From a virus: a stretch of 64,000 bases of DNA. Positions 50,046 through 58,086 of the stretch are shown piece after piece. Location of the stretch: the IMG/VR virus record IMGVR_UViG_3300025122_000006; one strand, 5' to 3'. Both the position numbers and the translations under genes were made by a program. The stretch's first letter is position 1. The number at the start of each line of letters is the position of its first letter. The notes beneath the pieces are model-generated. The model ran no database searches and was not told where the DNA came from. It saw nothing but the letters and a program-made list of their open reading frames with translations.

Positions 50046-50839
50046 GGTTTATCCCTCAATTTCATTACAATATTATCGATAATTTCTTTTGTATGTTCGG
50101 GGCCTGCTGTGATATAACCTTTATCATCGCAAGCCTCAAAAATTTCATAATCATTACCCCCCACATCGCATCGATCACCTACAAACCACACATCCCAGTT
50201 ACGGAAATGACGTAATCCATAAGTTTTATCCCACCCTTTAGGATAAATGTCAAAAGAAGTATCACCTCCAAATTTAATTGTCAATTTCCTTAACAATCCT
50301 TTTTGTTCTAACATTGCTTTAAGCTCATCTATCACTTTTTCTCTAATACCTTCGGTTTTATCTAAAGTTTTAAATATTGCTCTCTCTTCATCATCAGCAT
50401 TGCGTCCGATAGGACACCAATTAATTAAAGATCCTCTGCAATTAATAAAATGTCCAGTGAGAGGAATTCCGTAGGTTGACATATGAACTTGAGATAAAAT
50501 TAATTCATCAATCAATTTACGATAATTATCAGCGCCGAGAGCTTTTTTCATAGAAACATATGTATTGAGTCTGAAATCTTCATTCGCAAATTTCGGAGGT
50601 CTAAAATATTTTGTTCCATTGCAAGGCATTAAGTGGGTCTTATAACGAGCAGACGATTTTAACAAAAATTCTCCCATTTGTTCCCTCAAATAATCCTCAT
50701 CCGAACCGGTTATTATTCCAATATGAACACCGCAATTAACAAGTTGGTATAAAGAGTCACCCAAGAGAGCATAATCAAAAGATTGCCTAGGTTCCGTTAG
50801 TGTACCATCCATATCAAACATTACAATTGTTTTATTCAT
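50042..50839 (-). CDS. HAD-IIB phosphomannomutase, eukaryotic PMM/Sec53 type
   Basis: FDMDGTLT.PR; ITGSD; FI..R...IN.CPIGRNA; GGDTSFDIYPKGWDKTY.L; F.GD....GGNDYEI. Confidence 0.9.
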   Translation of the reverse strand: MNKTIVMFDMDGTLTEPRQSFDYALLGDSLYQLVNCGVHIGIITGSDEDYLREQMGEFLLKSSARYKTHLMPCNGTKYFRPPKFANEDFRLNTYVSMKKALGADNYRKLIDELILSQVHMSTYGIPLTGHFINCRGSLINWCPIGRNADDEERAIFKTLDKTEGIREKVIDELKAMLEQKGLLRKLTIKFGGDTSFDIYPKGWDKTYGLRHFRNWDVWFVGDRCDVGGNDYEIFEACDDKGYITAGPEHTKEIIDNIVMKLRDKP

Positions 50840-51053
50840 TAGAAGACCCCTTTATAAGAGTCCCAACTTTAACTACAAACTTGTTTTTATTACGACCGCA
50901 TCTTCTAACTTTGGTCAATCCATCGAGTCTTGTTCTATGTTCATCCGCCTGCTCAAATGTATCGTAATACGCTAAATTTTTCCATCTTACTTTTTGAGGA
51001 TTAGGTGATTTTTTCTCCGTAATCATTGTGTTTCCACTCATACGCTCTCCCAT
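50832..51053 (-). CDS. Small basic hypothetical protein
   Basis: ORF track; directly downstream of the promoter at 51083-51111. Confidence 0.55.
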   Translation of the reverse strand: MGERMSGNTMITEKKSPNPQKVRWKNLAYYDTFEQADEHRTRLDGLTKVRRCGRNKNKFVVKVGTLIKGSSNE

Positions 51054-51082
51054 AAAAATTTAAATTGTTTGTTTGTATATAC

Positions 51083-51111
51083 ATTATAACCTGGACAGTG
51101 TTATTTGTCAA
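51083..51111 (-). promoter_or_regulatory. Perfect-consensus sigma70 promoter
   Basis: TTGACA-17-TATAAT. Confidence 0.85.
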
Positions 51112-51271
51112 CTCTTTTTTCTACAATTTTTTTAACTTTTTTCATAATCTCGAGCGCTTCGTAAATATCTTTTTGAAACGGCTCAGCGGTAGATAAATAT
51201 GCCACTCTTCTTATCTCGCGTTCAACCTTGTCGATAGCCAAATAAATTTTTACATCAAGATCATTGCTCAT
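51101..51271 (-). CDS. 56-aa hypothetical protein (below ORF-track cutoff)
   Basis: Manual translation MSNDLDVKIYLAIDKVEREIRR...KIVEKRVDK*; fills the gap and overlaps the end of the 51261..51488 gene. Confidence 0.6.
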   Translation of the reverse strand: MSNDLDVKIYLAIDKVEREIRRVAYLSTAEPFQKDIYEALEIMKKVKKIVEKRVDK

Positions 51272-51488
51272 CTATTTTCTCCAAATAAATTTCGGGTATT
51301 ATTTCTTTTTTACCATTTGACCACTGGACAGTTACATTTCCTCGATCTCTTCCATCATAGGAGAAATAAATTCCTGGTTCAACCGAAATAATAATTCCAA
51401 TACATCCCATATTTAATGCATTCTTAATGTGGGCAGAAATCACCGCAACTCCAGCACTTCTTTGTTTGACTAAATCACCCACTTCCAT
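51261..51488 (-). CDS. Small KOW/SH3-like protein
   Basis: MEVGDLVK...GIII...V.V.W. Confidence 0.55.
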   Translation of the reverse strand: MEVGDLVKQRSAGVAVISAHIKNALNMGCIGIIISVEPGIYFSYDGRDRGNVTVQWSNGKKEIIPEIYLEKIDEQ

Positions 51489-51678
51489 TACTAATTAACT
51501 CCAATTCATTTTCATGATAACGCCAGCCTACATTATCGATATATACATAATAATGTTTTTCTGAAAAATCATATCCAGTTGCAATCATTTCTACAATTAT
51601 TCCAATCTTACCATCACCAGGCCTCATATGAAATGGCTTATCGTTTGATATTATTCTTACTAAATCACCTATTTTCAT
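51475..51678 (-). CDS. Small KOW/SH3-like protein
   Basis: MKIGDLVR...GIIV...Y.V....ELELI. Confidence 0.55.
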   Translation of the reverse strand: MKIGDLVRIISNDKPFHMRPGDGKIGIIVEMIATGYDFSEKHYYVYIDNVGWRYHENELELISNGSG

Positions 51679-51705
51679 TATAACATATATCTTTTTTCAT
51701 GTCAA
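51677..51705 (-). promoter_or_regulatory. Perfect-consensus sigma70 promoter
   Basis: TTGACA-17-TATAAT with TG extension; the -10 overlaps the ATG at 51678. Confidence 0.75.
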
Positions 51706-51752
51706 TTTTTTTTCTTATATATTCTTTTTTATACATGTAATATTATTCTTTA

Positions 51753-52079
51753 TTAAAATAACTTCTCAGTGTTATACTTTTTCAATATATCTCCAAATTT
51801 ATTAATAGGTATACCTAAAAATTTAGCCATGTCTCTTTTAGATTGACAAGCAGACATGGCATATCTTAATAGCGCATCCCTGGTGATATTGGGAAAAGCA
51901 CTCCAAAGAGGAAAATTATAAAGCTTATTGTTTATAGTTTGAATGGACAATTCCAACTTTAAAGCCATTACTTCTTCCAGAGATAAACAAGATAAAATGT
52001 TCATGAAATTTTCATTTATTCGTTTTTCTTTTTTCATAACGCTGATAAATGAATAGTTATTTTGTTTTTTACTTGACAT
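51753..52079 (-). CDS. Fis-like HTH protein
   Basis: C-terminal ALLRYAMSACQSKRDMAKFLGIPINKFGDILKKY resembles the Fis/NtrC HTH_8. Confidence 0.55.
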   Translation of the reverse strand: MSSKKQNNYSFISVMKKEKRINENFMNILSCLSLEEVMALKLELSIQTINNKLYNFPLWSAFPNITRDALLRYAMSACQSKRDMAKFLGIPINKFGDILKKYNTEKLF

Positions 52080-52101
52080 TGGAATTTTAATATGTTATAT
52101 T
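52073..52101 (+). promoter_or_regulatory. Plus-strand (antisense) sigma70-type promoter with a 16-bp palindrome at the -10
   Basis: TTGACA(52073)-17-TATATT with TG; palindrome TTATATTATAATATAA at 52095-52110. Confidence 0.55.
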
Positions 52102-52122
52102 ATAATATAAAAGTTTGTTTGT

Positions 52123-52869
52123 TTAAGTTTGCATAGAATCATATTGTTGGGTTGTTGGCTCGTCGACTTCTTTTTGAATCTCTTGTTCAAATTTATCGAA
52201 ATAGAGTTTCATATTGGTTATCAAATAATCAACAAAGATCTTTTTATCTTCAACATTAGCTAACATATCATACGCGTCCAAAATGTATTGGGAGACTTTT
52301 TTAAATGTAGTAAAAGCCATGTTTCTACCAGTTTCATCTAATCCTTCCAGGCCATTTCCGAATTCTTCGACTTCTGCTGGTTGGTCGTCATCTTCAACAG
52401 GAATTTTTTTATCTTCAATATCAACGTCAATCTCTTGGAGTTGTATATCCAATTCTTCAAGTTTCCTTTCACCTCCGAATTCGGGCGGCGGCTCTGACAT
52501 TAGAGCAGTATCACCTTGTAAATATGCGTCATTCACTAGTGAAGGAGCCAGTGCGCCCTTGACAGCTGATATCATATGGGCACGGAAAGAATCTCTTTGG
52601 TTTTTATTGGTAGTCATGCGCTTATAATCAGTACGAAGCGTTGTAATCATCTTTTTGAGCACATCTTCGAGGATATTAATGCCCGTTGAACGATGTGGGT
52701 GCATATCTGAAATATCACCTTCTTTTAAAATAGAACGAATCACTTTTCGAAGACGAAGCTCTTCTTTAATGATATGTTTTTCTTTATCCTTTTGTTCTTT
52801 AAGGACTTTTCCAATTTTCATTCGGACATATTCACGAATTAGCTTTTCTTCTTTATTCATTTTAGCCAC
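52123..52869 (-). CDS. Hypothetical acidic protein, possible head-internal protein
   Basis: Repeated LIREYVR..I.KVLKE and LRKVIRSILKE leader-like motifs. Confidence 0.55.
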   Translation of the reverse strand: MAKMNKEEKLIREYVRMKIGKVLKEQKDKEKHIIKEELRLRKVIRSILKEGDISDMHPHRSTGINILEDVLKKMITTLRTDYKRMTTNKNQRDSFRAHMISAVKGALAPSLVNDAYLQGDTALMSEPPPEFGGERKLEELDIQLQEIDVDIEDKKIPVEDDDQPAEVEEFGNGLEGLDETGRNMAFTTFKKVSQYILDAYDMLANVEDKKIFVDYLITNMKLYFDKFEQEIQKEVDEPTTQQYDSMQT

Positions 52870-53770
52870 CCTTTAATTTTTCCATAATTTTTTTATTCTT
52901 TTCAAGAACTTTACGAACAGTTTCCATCAAATCGGCTGAAATTCGAACTTTGTTTTCTTTTTTAACAGAATTGTCTGTTTTTTCGATATCTTCAGATACA
53001 TCTTTCGTGGATTCTTCTTCTAGTTCTTCTTCTTCAACAATTTTTTTCTTTTTATCATGATCTTTTTTATCATCTCTTTTATGTTTATGTTCTTCTTGGA
53101 CATCAATATCAAGATTTTCAACGGCAATATTTTCTACAATAACTTCATTAAATTCAACAGTATAGTGGGAAATGTCTCCATTTTCTTTTAAAGTATGTTT
53201 AATAGGATGACCCTTTTGCCCAGATTTTTTATGTGTCACTTCTAGAGCGCACATATGAGTAATTTCTTTTTCTTCCTTAAGTATTCCAAACCTCTTAAAC
53301 AAAAGTTTATTTAACTCATTGTTCTTCCATTCTTTTAGCGACATTTCTTTTTTCTCCTCGATTTTTTTCATATCTTCATATTCACGCAGTATTTTGTTGC
53401 CTTCTAGCATTGCTTCGTTTTCTAGCTTTTGTAGTCCTTTGTTCTTTAAATAGTATCCTTCCCCATGATATCCCCCAACATCTAATCTGCCTTCTAAATT
53501 CTGTTGATGATGAATCAATTCATGTGCAATTGAGCGTAACATATCTTTTGGGTGTCTGCCATCGCTGTAAATGTGGATTTGAAGACTGCTGGGGTCATAA
53601 TAAGCTGTTTTACCAAGTATATCAGGTTGATTACTAGGGTCTGAGTCAAAAACCATTGTAGGTGGCCTATTGAAGCCTATTTTTTGATCAAAATAATCAT
53701 ACATTCCTTGGACATGGGGCTCAAGTTCACCTAAATCAATGTTCGCTGGGTTCTTTATGGCACAAGGCAT
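52862..53770 (-). CDS. Zincin-domain multidomain protein
   Basis: GRHPKDMLRSIAHELIHHQQ...ENEA; followed by E/K-rich modules. Confidence 0.65.
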   Translation of the reverse strand: MPCAIKNPANIDLGELEPHVQGMYDYFDQKIGFNRPPTMVFDSDPSNQPDILGKTAYYDPSSLQIHIYSDGRHPKDMLRSIAHELIHHQQNLEGRLDVGGYHGEGYYLKNKGLQKLENEAMLEGNKILREYEDMKKIEEKKEMSLKEWKNNELNKLLFKRFGILKEEKEITHMCALEVTHKKSGQKGHPIKHTLKENGDISHYTVEFNEVIVENIAVENLDIDVQEEHKHKRDDKKDHDKKKKIVEEEELEEESTKDVSEDIEKTDNSVKKENKVRISADLMETVRKVLEKNKKIMEKLKGG

Positions 53771-53777
53771 GCTTTAA

Positions 53778-54080
53778 TTAGTCCTCTAAATCCAATTTTT
53801 TTACTAAAATAAGGCTTATTTTGATGGGTTTTGACTCTCCAAAGGGCAATATTTCGGCTATTTTAATGATTCTGCGATCCGATATACCATCTGAAATGCC
53901 TAATAACACCCCATATTTATGGATTCTGTCCACACTTTCTGGTTTTAGGTCCCATGCTTGGTATCTAACGATCTCTCCAACCTCATATTTATCTACCTGT
54001 GAGTCACCAAAGGCGTTATTTTTGAGTTTTTGGAGCAGTTTTTTACTCAATTTGAGGATTATCTCCCGAATTTTGTCCAT
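53778..54080 (-). CDS. Hypothetical protein (KOW-like YEVGEIVR)
   Basis: ORF track. Confidence 0.5.
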   Translation of the reverse strand: MDKIREIILKLSKKLLQKLKNNAFGDSQVDKYEVGEIVRYQAWDLKPESVDRIHKYGVLLGISDGISDRRIIKIAEILPFGESKPIKISLILVKKLDLED

Positions 54081-54375
54081 AATAGATGAATTCTACGCAA
54101 TTTCCATAAGGATCCATCAAATAACACCCTGTTGTGCCGTCTCGATGCTGAATAATCTCGCCATTTTCGGGAAAATCGTCGATTTTTTCCACTAAAACAG
54201 CGATATGGTTGTGTTTATAGCACTTTTCATCAACAATTGCGATAATTGTGTTGTCTAACTGTAATCTTTTGTAAAAATTGGTCTCAAAAACCACTTTAGA
54301 CCCCAATTTATCGCAATACCATTCGCTAGCAGTGTGTATATCGGGTACTTTGATGGCAATATGGTCAATTTTCAT
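54043..54375 (-). CDS. VOC/glyoxalase family protein
   Basis: IDHIAI.V.D...A..WY...LG; HIA; Y..DPYGN.VE. Confidence 0.85.
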   Translation of the reverse strand: MKIDHIAIKVPDIHTASEWYCDKLGSKVVFETNFYKRLQLDNTIIAIVDEKCYKHNHIAVLVEKIDDFPENGEIIQHRDGTTGCYLMDPYGNCVEFIYYGQNSGDNPQIE

Positions 54376-54800
54376 CGTTTCCTAGCTAATTTTAACATTT
54401 CTTGCTCGTTAATTTCGATAGGAAGCTCTTCAGCAGCTTGCATTCCCATCCCAAATGCTTCTTCACCACTCATATCGCCCAAATCTGCCGGTTCTTGCCC
54501 CATTTCAGGCTCAATTTGGTCATATGCACCCTCTTCCATGCCATATTCGACGTAATGTTTAACAGTTTTAAGGTAATCTGCTGCTTTTGTGAGCTTTGCT
54601 TGCACCCAAGACTCCAATTGCGTGGTATCTGTTAACATTTCGGACAATTCACGGGCATATTTTTCCATATCGTACAGTTGTCGCCTCGCAAATCCGCCTT
54701 CTGTGTCAATATGGTCTAGTCCGCTCTCAGTTGAAGGCTCTGCTACCATAGCACACTCCTCTTGAACGATTTCTAGAAGTCTTTTTTTACTAATTTCCAT
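54372..54800 (-). CDS. T4-like-phage protein, probably head-associated
   Basis: EGGFARRQL...YA.EL...LESWVQAKLTKAADYL..V.HY; N-terminal MEISKKRLLEIVQEE leader. Confidence 0.6.
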   Translation of the reverse strand: MEISKKRLLEIVQEECAMVAEPSTESGLDHIDTEGGFARRQLYDMEKYARELSEMLTDTTQLESWVQAKLTKAADYLKTVKHYVEYGMEEGAYDQIEPEMGQEPADLGDMSGEEAFGMGMQAAEELPIEINEQEMLKLARKR

Positions 54801-54803
54801 ATT

Positions 54804-54944
54804 TTAATCCTTTATAAACGCAATATAAAATAATAACAAGACCATCATGAAAGCCTCAGAGGTCAAACATACACCTAATAATGTAATTAGAAATAAAATT
54901 GTTAATTTTGCAATATTAAAAATTTTTTCTTCTTGTGTGTGCAT
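54804..54944 (-). CDS. 46-aa membrane protein (below ORF-track cutoff)
   Basis: Manual translation MHTQEEKIFNIAKLTILFLITLLGVCLTSEAFMMVLLLFYIAFIKD*; TAATG overlap with the upstream stop. Confidence 0.55.
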   Translation of the reverse strand: MHTQEEKIFNIAKLTILFLITLLGVCLTSEAFMMVLLLFYIAFIKD

Positions 54945-55312
54945 TAATTATAGCCCAAATACTCTAAATCCTTTTTATATACACTTAAGATGCATCCCAC
55001 TAGCCAATTGTGATGAGTATATATAAAACATTTTTCTTCATTGTTTTTATCTTTCCATGGTAAAAGATAAAATTCACTATTTCTATTTACTCTTACAAAT
55101 TTTTTGTCATTCATAGAATAATAATATCCTTGGCCTTCTCCTTTTAATTTCACTGGATCTAACGCAGTACCATCTGAATCTTTTAAAAAAGTAGATAATT
55201 TCAGCGCTAATTTAACGGGATTTCGGTACAAGTAACGCATAAGCTTCTTTTTATCTTTAATCCCGCTATTTTCTGCCAACATTGCTTCCTCCATCACCGT
55301 AGCCACCGCCAT
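54944..55312 (-). CDS. Hypothetical protein
   Basis: ORF track. Confidence 0.55.
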   Translation of the reverse strand: MAVATVMEEAMLAENSGIKDKKKLMRYLYRNPVKLALKLSTFLKDSDGTALDPVKLKGEGQGYYYSMNDKKFVRVNRNSEFYLLPWKDKNNEEKCFIYTHHNWLVGCILSVYKKDLEYLGYN

Positions 55313-56462
55313 ATTCCCAACTAGAAACGTTCCAATGGTATTTATCTGAGCCTTTTTTCTTAGATTTTTTTCTTTTTTTGCGCTTTTTCTTTTCGTCGAG
55401 ATTGGAAACGATAGAAATTTTTATTTTTTTCTTTTTTGCATTATTTTCTTCTAAACCACCAAAACCAGCAGGAGCAGACTTGGATCTTTTGAAGTCTTTA
55501 AGCCTTTTTAGGCCTTTTGCTCCTGTTGACTTAGCTCCTCCGAGACCAATGAGTCTTCTTTTCTTTGTAGCATGTTTCATCGAATATGGATGTGCTCTCT
55601 CAAAAATTAAATTTTCTTGCATAAATAAATTTACAATATTTTTAAGATTTTCTGTCGCATTATTAGAAATTGACCTTTGAACTTCTTCAAGGTCACCACA
55701 AAAATATTCAGCAAGTTCCCATTGTAATTGGACGATACCATCCAATTCATCCGAAGAATATGGTATTTGTCCTACAAAATAATGTACTATAATCTTTTTT
55801 CTCTTCCAAGTAGTCTCTACTGTAGACAAATATTGGATTTTTTTAATTTTCAAAGACATTTCTTCTAAAACTTCTCGATAAAAAGTATAATTTGCCTCTT
55901 CGCCTTCCAATAAATGACCCCCGGGAGCATCCCATTCATGAGAATCAGACCGCTGAACAATAATAATCTTATTGTCGTTAGTCAAAACTAGCCCTTTTGC
56001 AACTTCATCAATATCTTTTAGTAAATCGTCTGGATTTTTCACAACAATATCGGATGGATGTAACTTACTATAGGCTTTAATTGCTTCTCTTTCTTCAGGG
56101 TCGTCATCATAATGTAAAGAAGAGCCCAGTTCATAGAGTCTTTGAGCTTTTTTCTCTCCATTTGTGTAAAAAATTCCGTCTACTTCAATTTTAAATTTAT
56201 CCAACATAGATTGAATAGAGCTTTCTGGTACTTCTAAGTGATTACTTCGGGAGGATACAACTAAGACAGTAGCCCCAGATTGTTTAAATTTTTTAATTCT
56301 AGCTATAATTTGTGGGTTTATACCCCCGTATTGATAAATTGTCTCTTCGCCATCATTGGATTCTTCATAGGACTTGACAATTGTGTTGTCAAAATCAAAA
56401 GTAACAACTTTTCCATTTTTATTTTCATTTAGTTTTTTCATTTTATCAAATAGTTCTTTCAT
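55266..56462 (-). CDS. HAD phosphatase-NUDIX hydrolase fusion with basic tail
   Basis: FDFDNT, VSSR, HYDDD (HAD); WDAPGGHLLEGE.....YREVLEEMSL (Nudix box). Confidence 0.8.
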   Translation of the reverse strand: MKELFDKMKKLNENKNGKVVTFDFDNTIVKSYEESNDGEETIYQYGGINPQIIARIKKFKQSGATVLVVSSRSNHLEVPESSIQSMLDKFKIEVDGIFYTNGEKKAQRLYELGSSLHYDDDPEEREAIKAYSKLHPSDIVVKNPDDLLKDIDEVAKGLVLTNDNKIIIVQRSDSHEWDAPGGHLLEGEEANYTFYREVLEEMSLKIKKIQYLSTVETTWKRKKIIVHYFVGQIPYSSDELDGIVQLQWELAEYFCGDLEEVQRSISNNATENLKNIVNLFMQENLIFERAHPYSMKHATKKRRLIGLGGAKSTGAKGLKRLKDFKRSKSAPAGFGGLEENNAKKKKIKISIVSNLDEKKKRKKRKKSKKKGSDKYHWNVSSWEYGGGYGDGGSNVGRK

Positions 56463-56480
56463 TTTCCGTTCTCTTAATAT

Positions 56481-56509
56481 ATTATAACACGTTTTGTCGG
56501 CTTTGTCAA
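56481..56509 (-). promoter_or_regulatory. Perfect-consensus sigma70 promoter
   Basis: TTGACA-17-TATAAT with TGTG; upstream of ATG 56462. Confidence 0.85.
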
Positions 56510-56510
56510 G

Positions 56511-57536
56511 CTATTCCTCGGGCAAATCATACAAAGCGGGATCTAAATCTTTGGTCAATTTATAAAATTCAGCCTGTTGAGATACATTTTTTCCTCTGGC
56601 TCTTGGGTTATTTTTGTTAGGATCGCTCACATAAAGATGAATGTGCGCATATGCCAAATCTTTAGTGGGTTTAGATAACATAGCCATCCTGCCGGCGTAT
56701 TGTTGAGCAGAGGACATGGGATTGTATGCAATCCAAAATAAAAATTCATTAATTAAGAATTGATAATATTTTCTTATTGCTTCTTCTTCGCCATTTTCTA
56801 TTCTTTCATAAAGGTTCCGATCGTATCCAAACTTTTTACTCATAACCTCTAATCTGTTTTTTGCACTATTGTCTAGCATAATAGCAGCTTCTAATTTTTC
56901 AAATCCAATATTTTTTTCTACATCGTTTAAAACATCAAACACTCTAGATGCGTTTCTAGGACTGTCAGCAAAATCGATTAACTTCCATGCTGTACTTTGG
57001 CCGGCATAACCATCTCCACCGCCCCCCTTCGGTGGTTCTGTGCCATCACCGCCCGAGGCGACCTTTAAATCCTCCAAATCAATATCGGATAAAGGGTAAG
57101 TCTCTTCTTCAGTTTCTCTCATTACATTTCGAAGACCCTGGTGTTTAGATCTTTCAGCGTGACCGGTGTACTCTTTTTCGGCAGAAACAATACTAATTCT
57201 CACTCCGCCTGTTTGTGTTGAGGTGGAAAACATTTCTTTTAATCTTGAACGTTCTTTTTCTCTTTCATTATCTTTAAGAAGTTCATCCCTATTTCCGAAA
57301 GGGGTTCCTCGACCAGCACCGCTAACATCACCAGCGGCCATCGAAGATATTTCTTCTAATTGTTCTTCGTTGGTAGCATGTTTTGCTTTCCGCGCTGTAT
57401 CGCAATCATCATAACAAGATGTTTGCTTTTTTGTTGAAGGGTCTAAGACGGCACAATTACCTTTTTCATTTTTGGATTTTTTCTCGCAAGGCCGCTTAAC
57501 ATAAATTTCTTTTAAAATTTTAATTTTCATAATCAT
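56511..57536 (-). CDS. Hypothetical protein, possible head-internal protein
   Basis: Segments punctuated by ILKE / QLEE / RLKE / VMRE; Gly-rich linker. Confidence 0.55.
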   Translation of the reverse strand: MIMKIKILKEIYVKRPCEKKSKNEKGNCAVLDPSTKKQTSCYDDCDTARKAKHATNEEQLEEISSMAAGDVSGAGRGTPFGNRDELLKDNEREKERSRLKEMFSTSTQTGGVRISIVSAEKEYTGHAERSKHQGLRNVMRETEEETYPLSDIDLEDLKVASGGDGTEPPKGGGGDGYAGQSTAWKLIDFADSPRNASRVFDVLNDVEKNIGFEKLEAAIMLDNSAKNRLEVMSKKFGYDRNLYERIENGEEEAIRKYYQFLINEFLFWIAYNPMSSAQQYAGRMAMLSKPTKDLAYAHIHLYVSDPNKNNPRARGKNVSQQAEFYKLTKDLDPALYDLPEE

Positions 57537-57570
57537 TTACCTCACAACAATAAATAGTTCAGGCTTCATG

Positions 57571-58086
57571 TTAATCTGGAATCCAAAATTTTTCTCCCCC
57601 TAATTCATGAATTGGATGCATCATGTGCCCTGGTACTTCAACATGGGACATCCCCAAAGCATGACCTATTTCATGTTCTAACAGTCTAGGCATATGTTTG
57701 TTTCGATTAGGAAGAAGAATGGAGGCCGATAACATTTTATCTTTAAGAGTGAATCGAGCAGTAGTTGCATAAAATTCCTTTCCAATTTCCCCGTTGCTTC
57801 TAATAAAAATAATTCCCTCAACAAATGTTCCTTGACTACAAATTTTATTGTCATTATCATAATGATAATGAGAAATTTTAAAATCTCGAATTCCCCACCA
57901 TTCGATGGCTTGGTTTACCCTAAAGGGAGTCAGTTCACTATCGGGACACACCACGACGATAGGTTCATCCTCCCATAGAGCCACAATAAATCGGCTTTCT
58001 TGCCACGCAATTCTAAAAGAAAACCCTAAAACAAAACCAAACAGTCCAGAGAGAATAACTGCTAAAACTTGCTTTAACATCCCCAA
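57571..58086 (-). CDS. Matrixin (M10-like metzincin) metalloprotease, membrane-anchored/secreted
   Basis: HEIGHALGMSH (HExxHxxGxxH) plus Met-turn HMMHP; N-terminal hydrophobic segment. Confidence 0.85.
   Translation of the reverse strand: MGMLKQVLAVILSGLFGFVLGFSFRIAWQESRFIVALWEDEPIVVVCPDSELTPFRVNQAIEWWGIRDFKISHYHYDNDNKICSQGTFVEGIIFIRSNGEIGKEFYATTARFTLKDKMLSASILLPNRNKHMPRLLEHEIGHALGMSHVEVPGHMMHPIHELGGEKFWIPD

Noticed and set aside
50042-50839. Eukaryotic or giant-virus (NCLDV) origin suggested by PMM and glycan genes
   Set aside because: gp6/gp25 baseplate, sigma factor, Shine-Dalgarno sites and sigma70 promoters indicate a bacteriophage.
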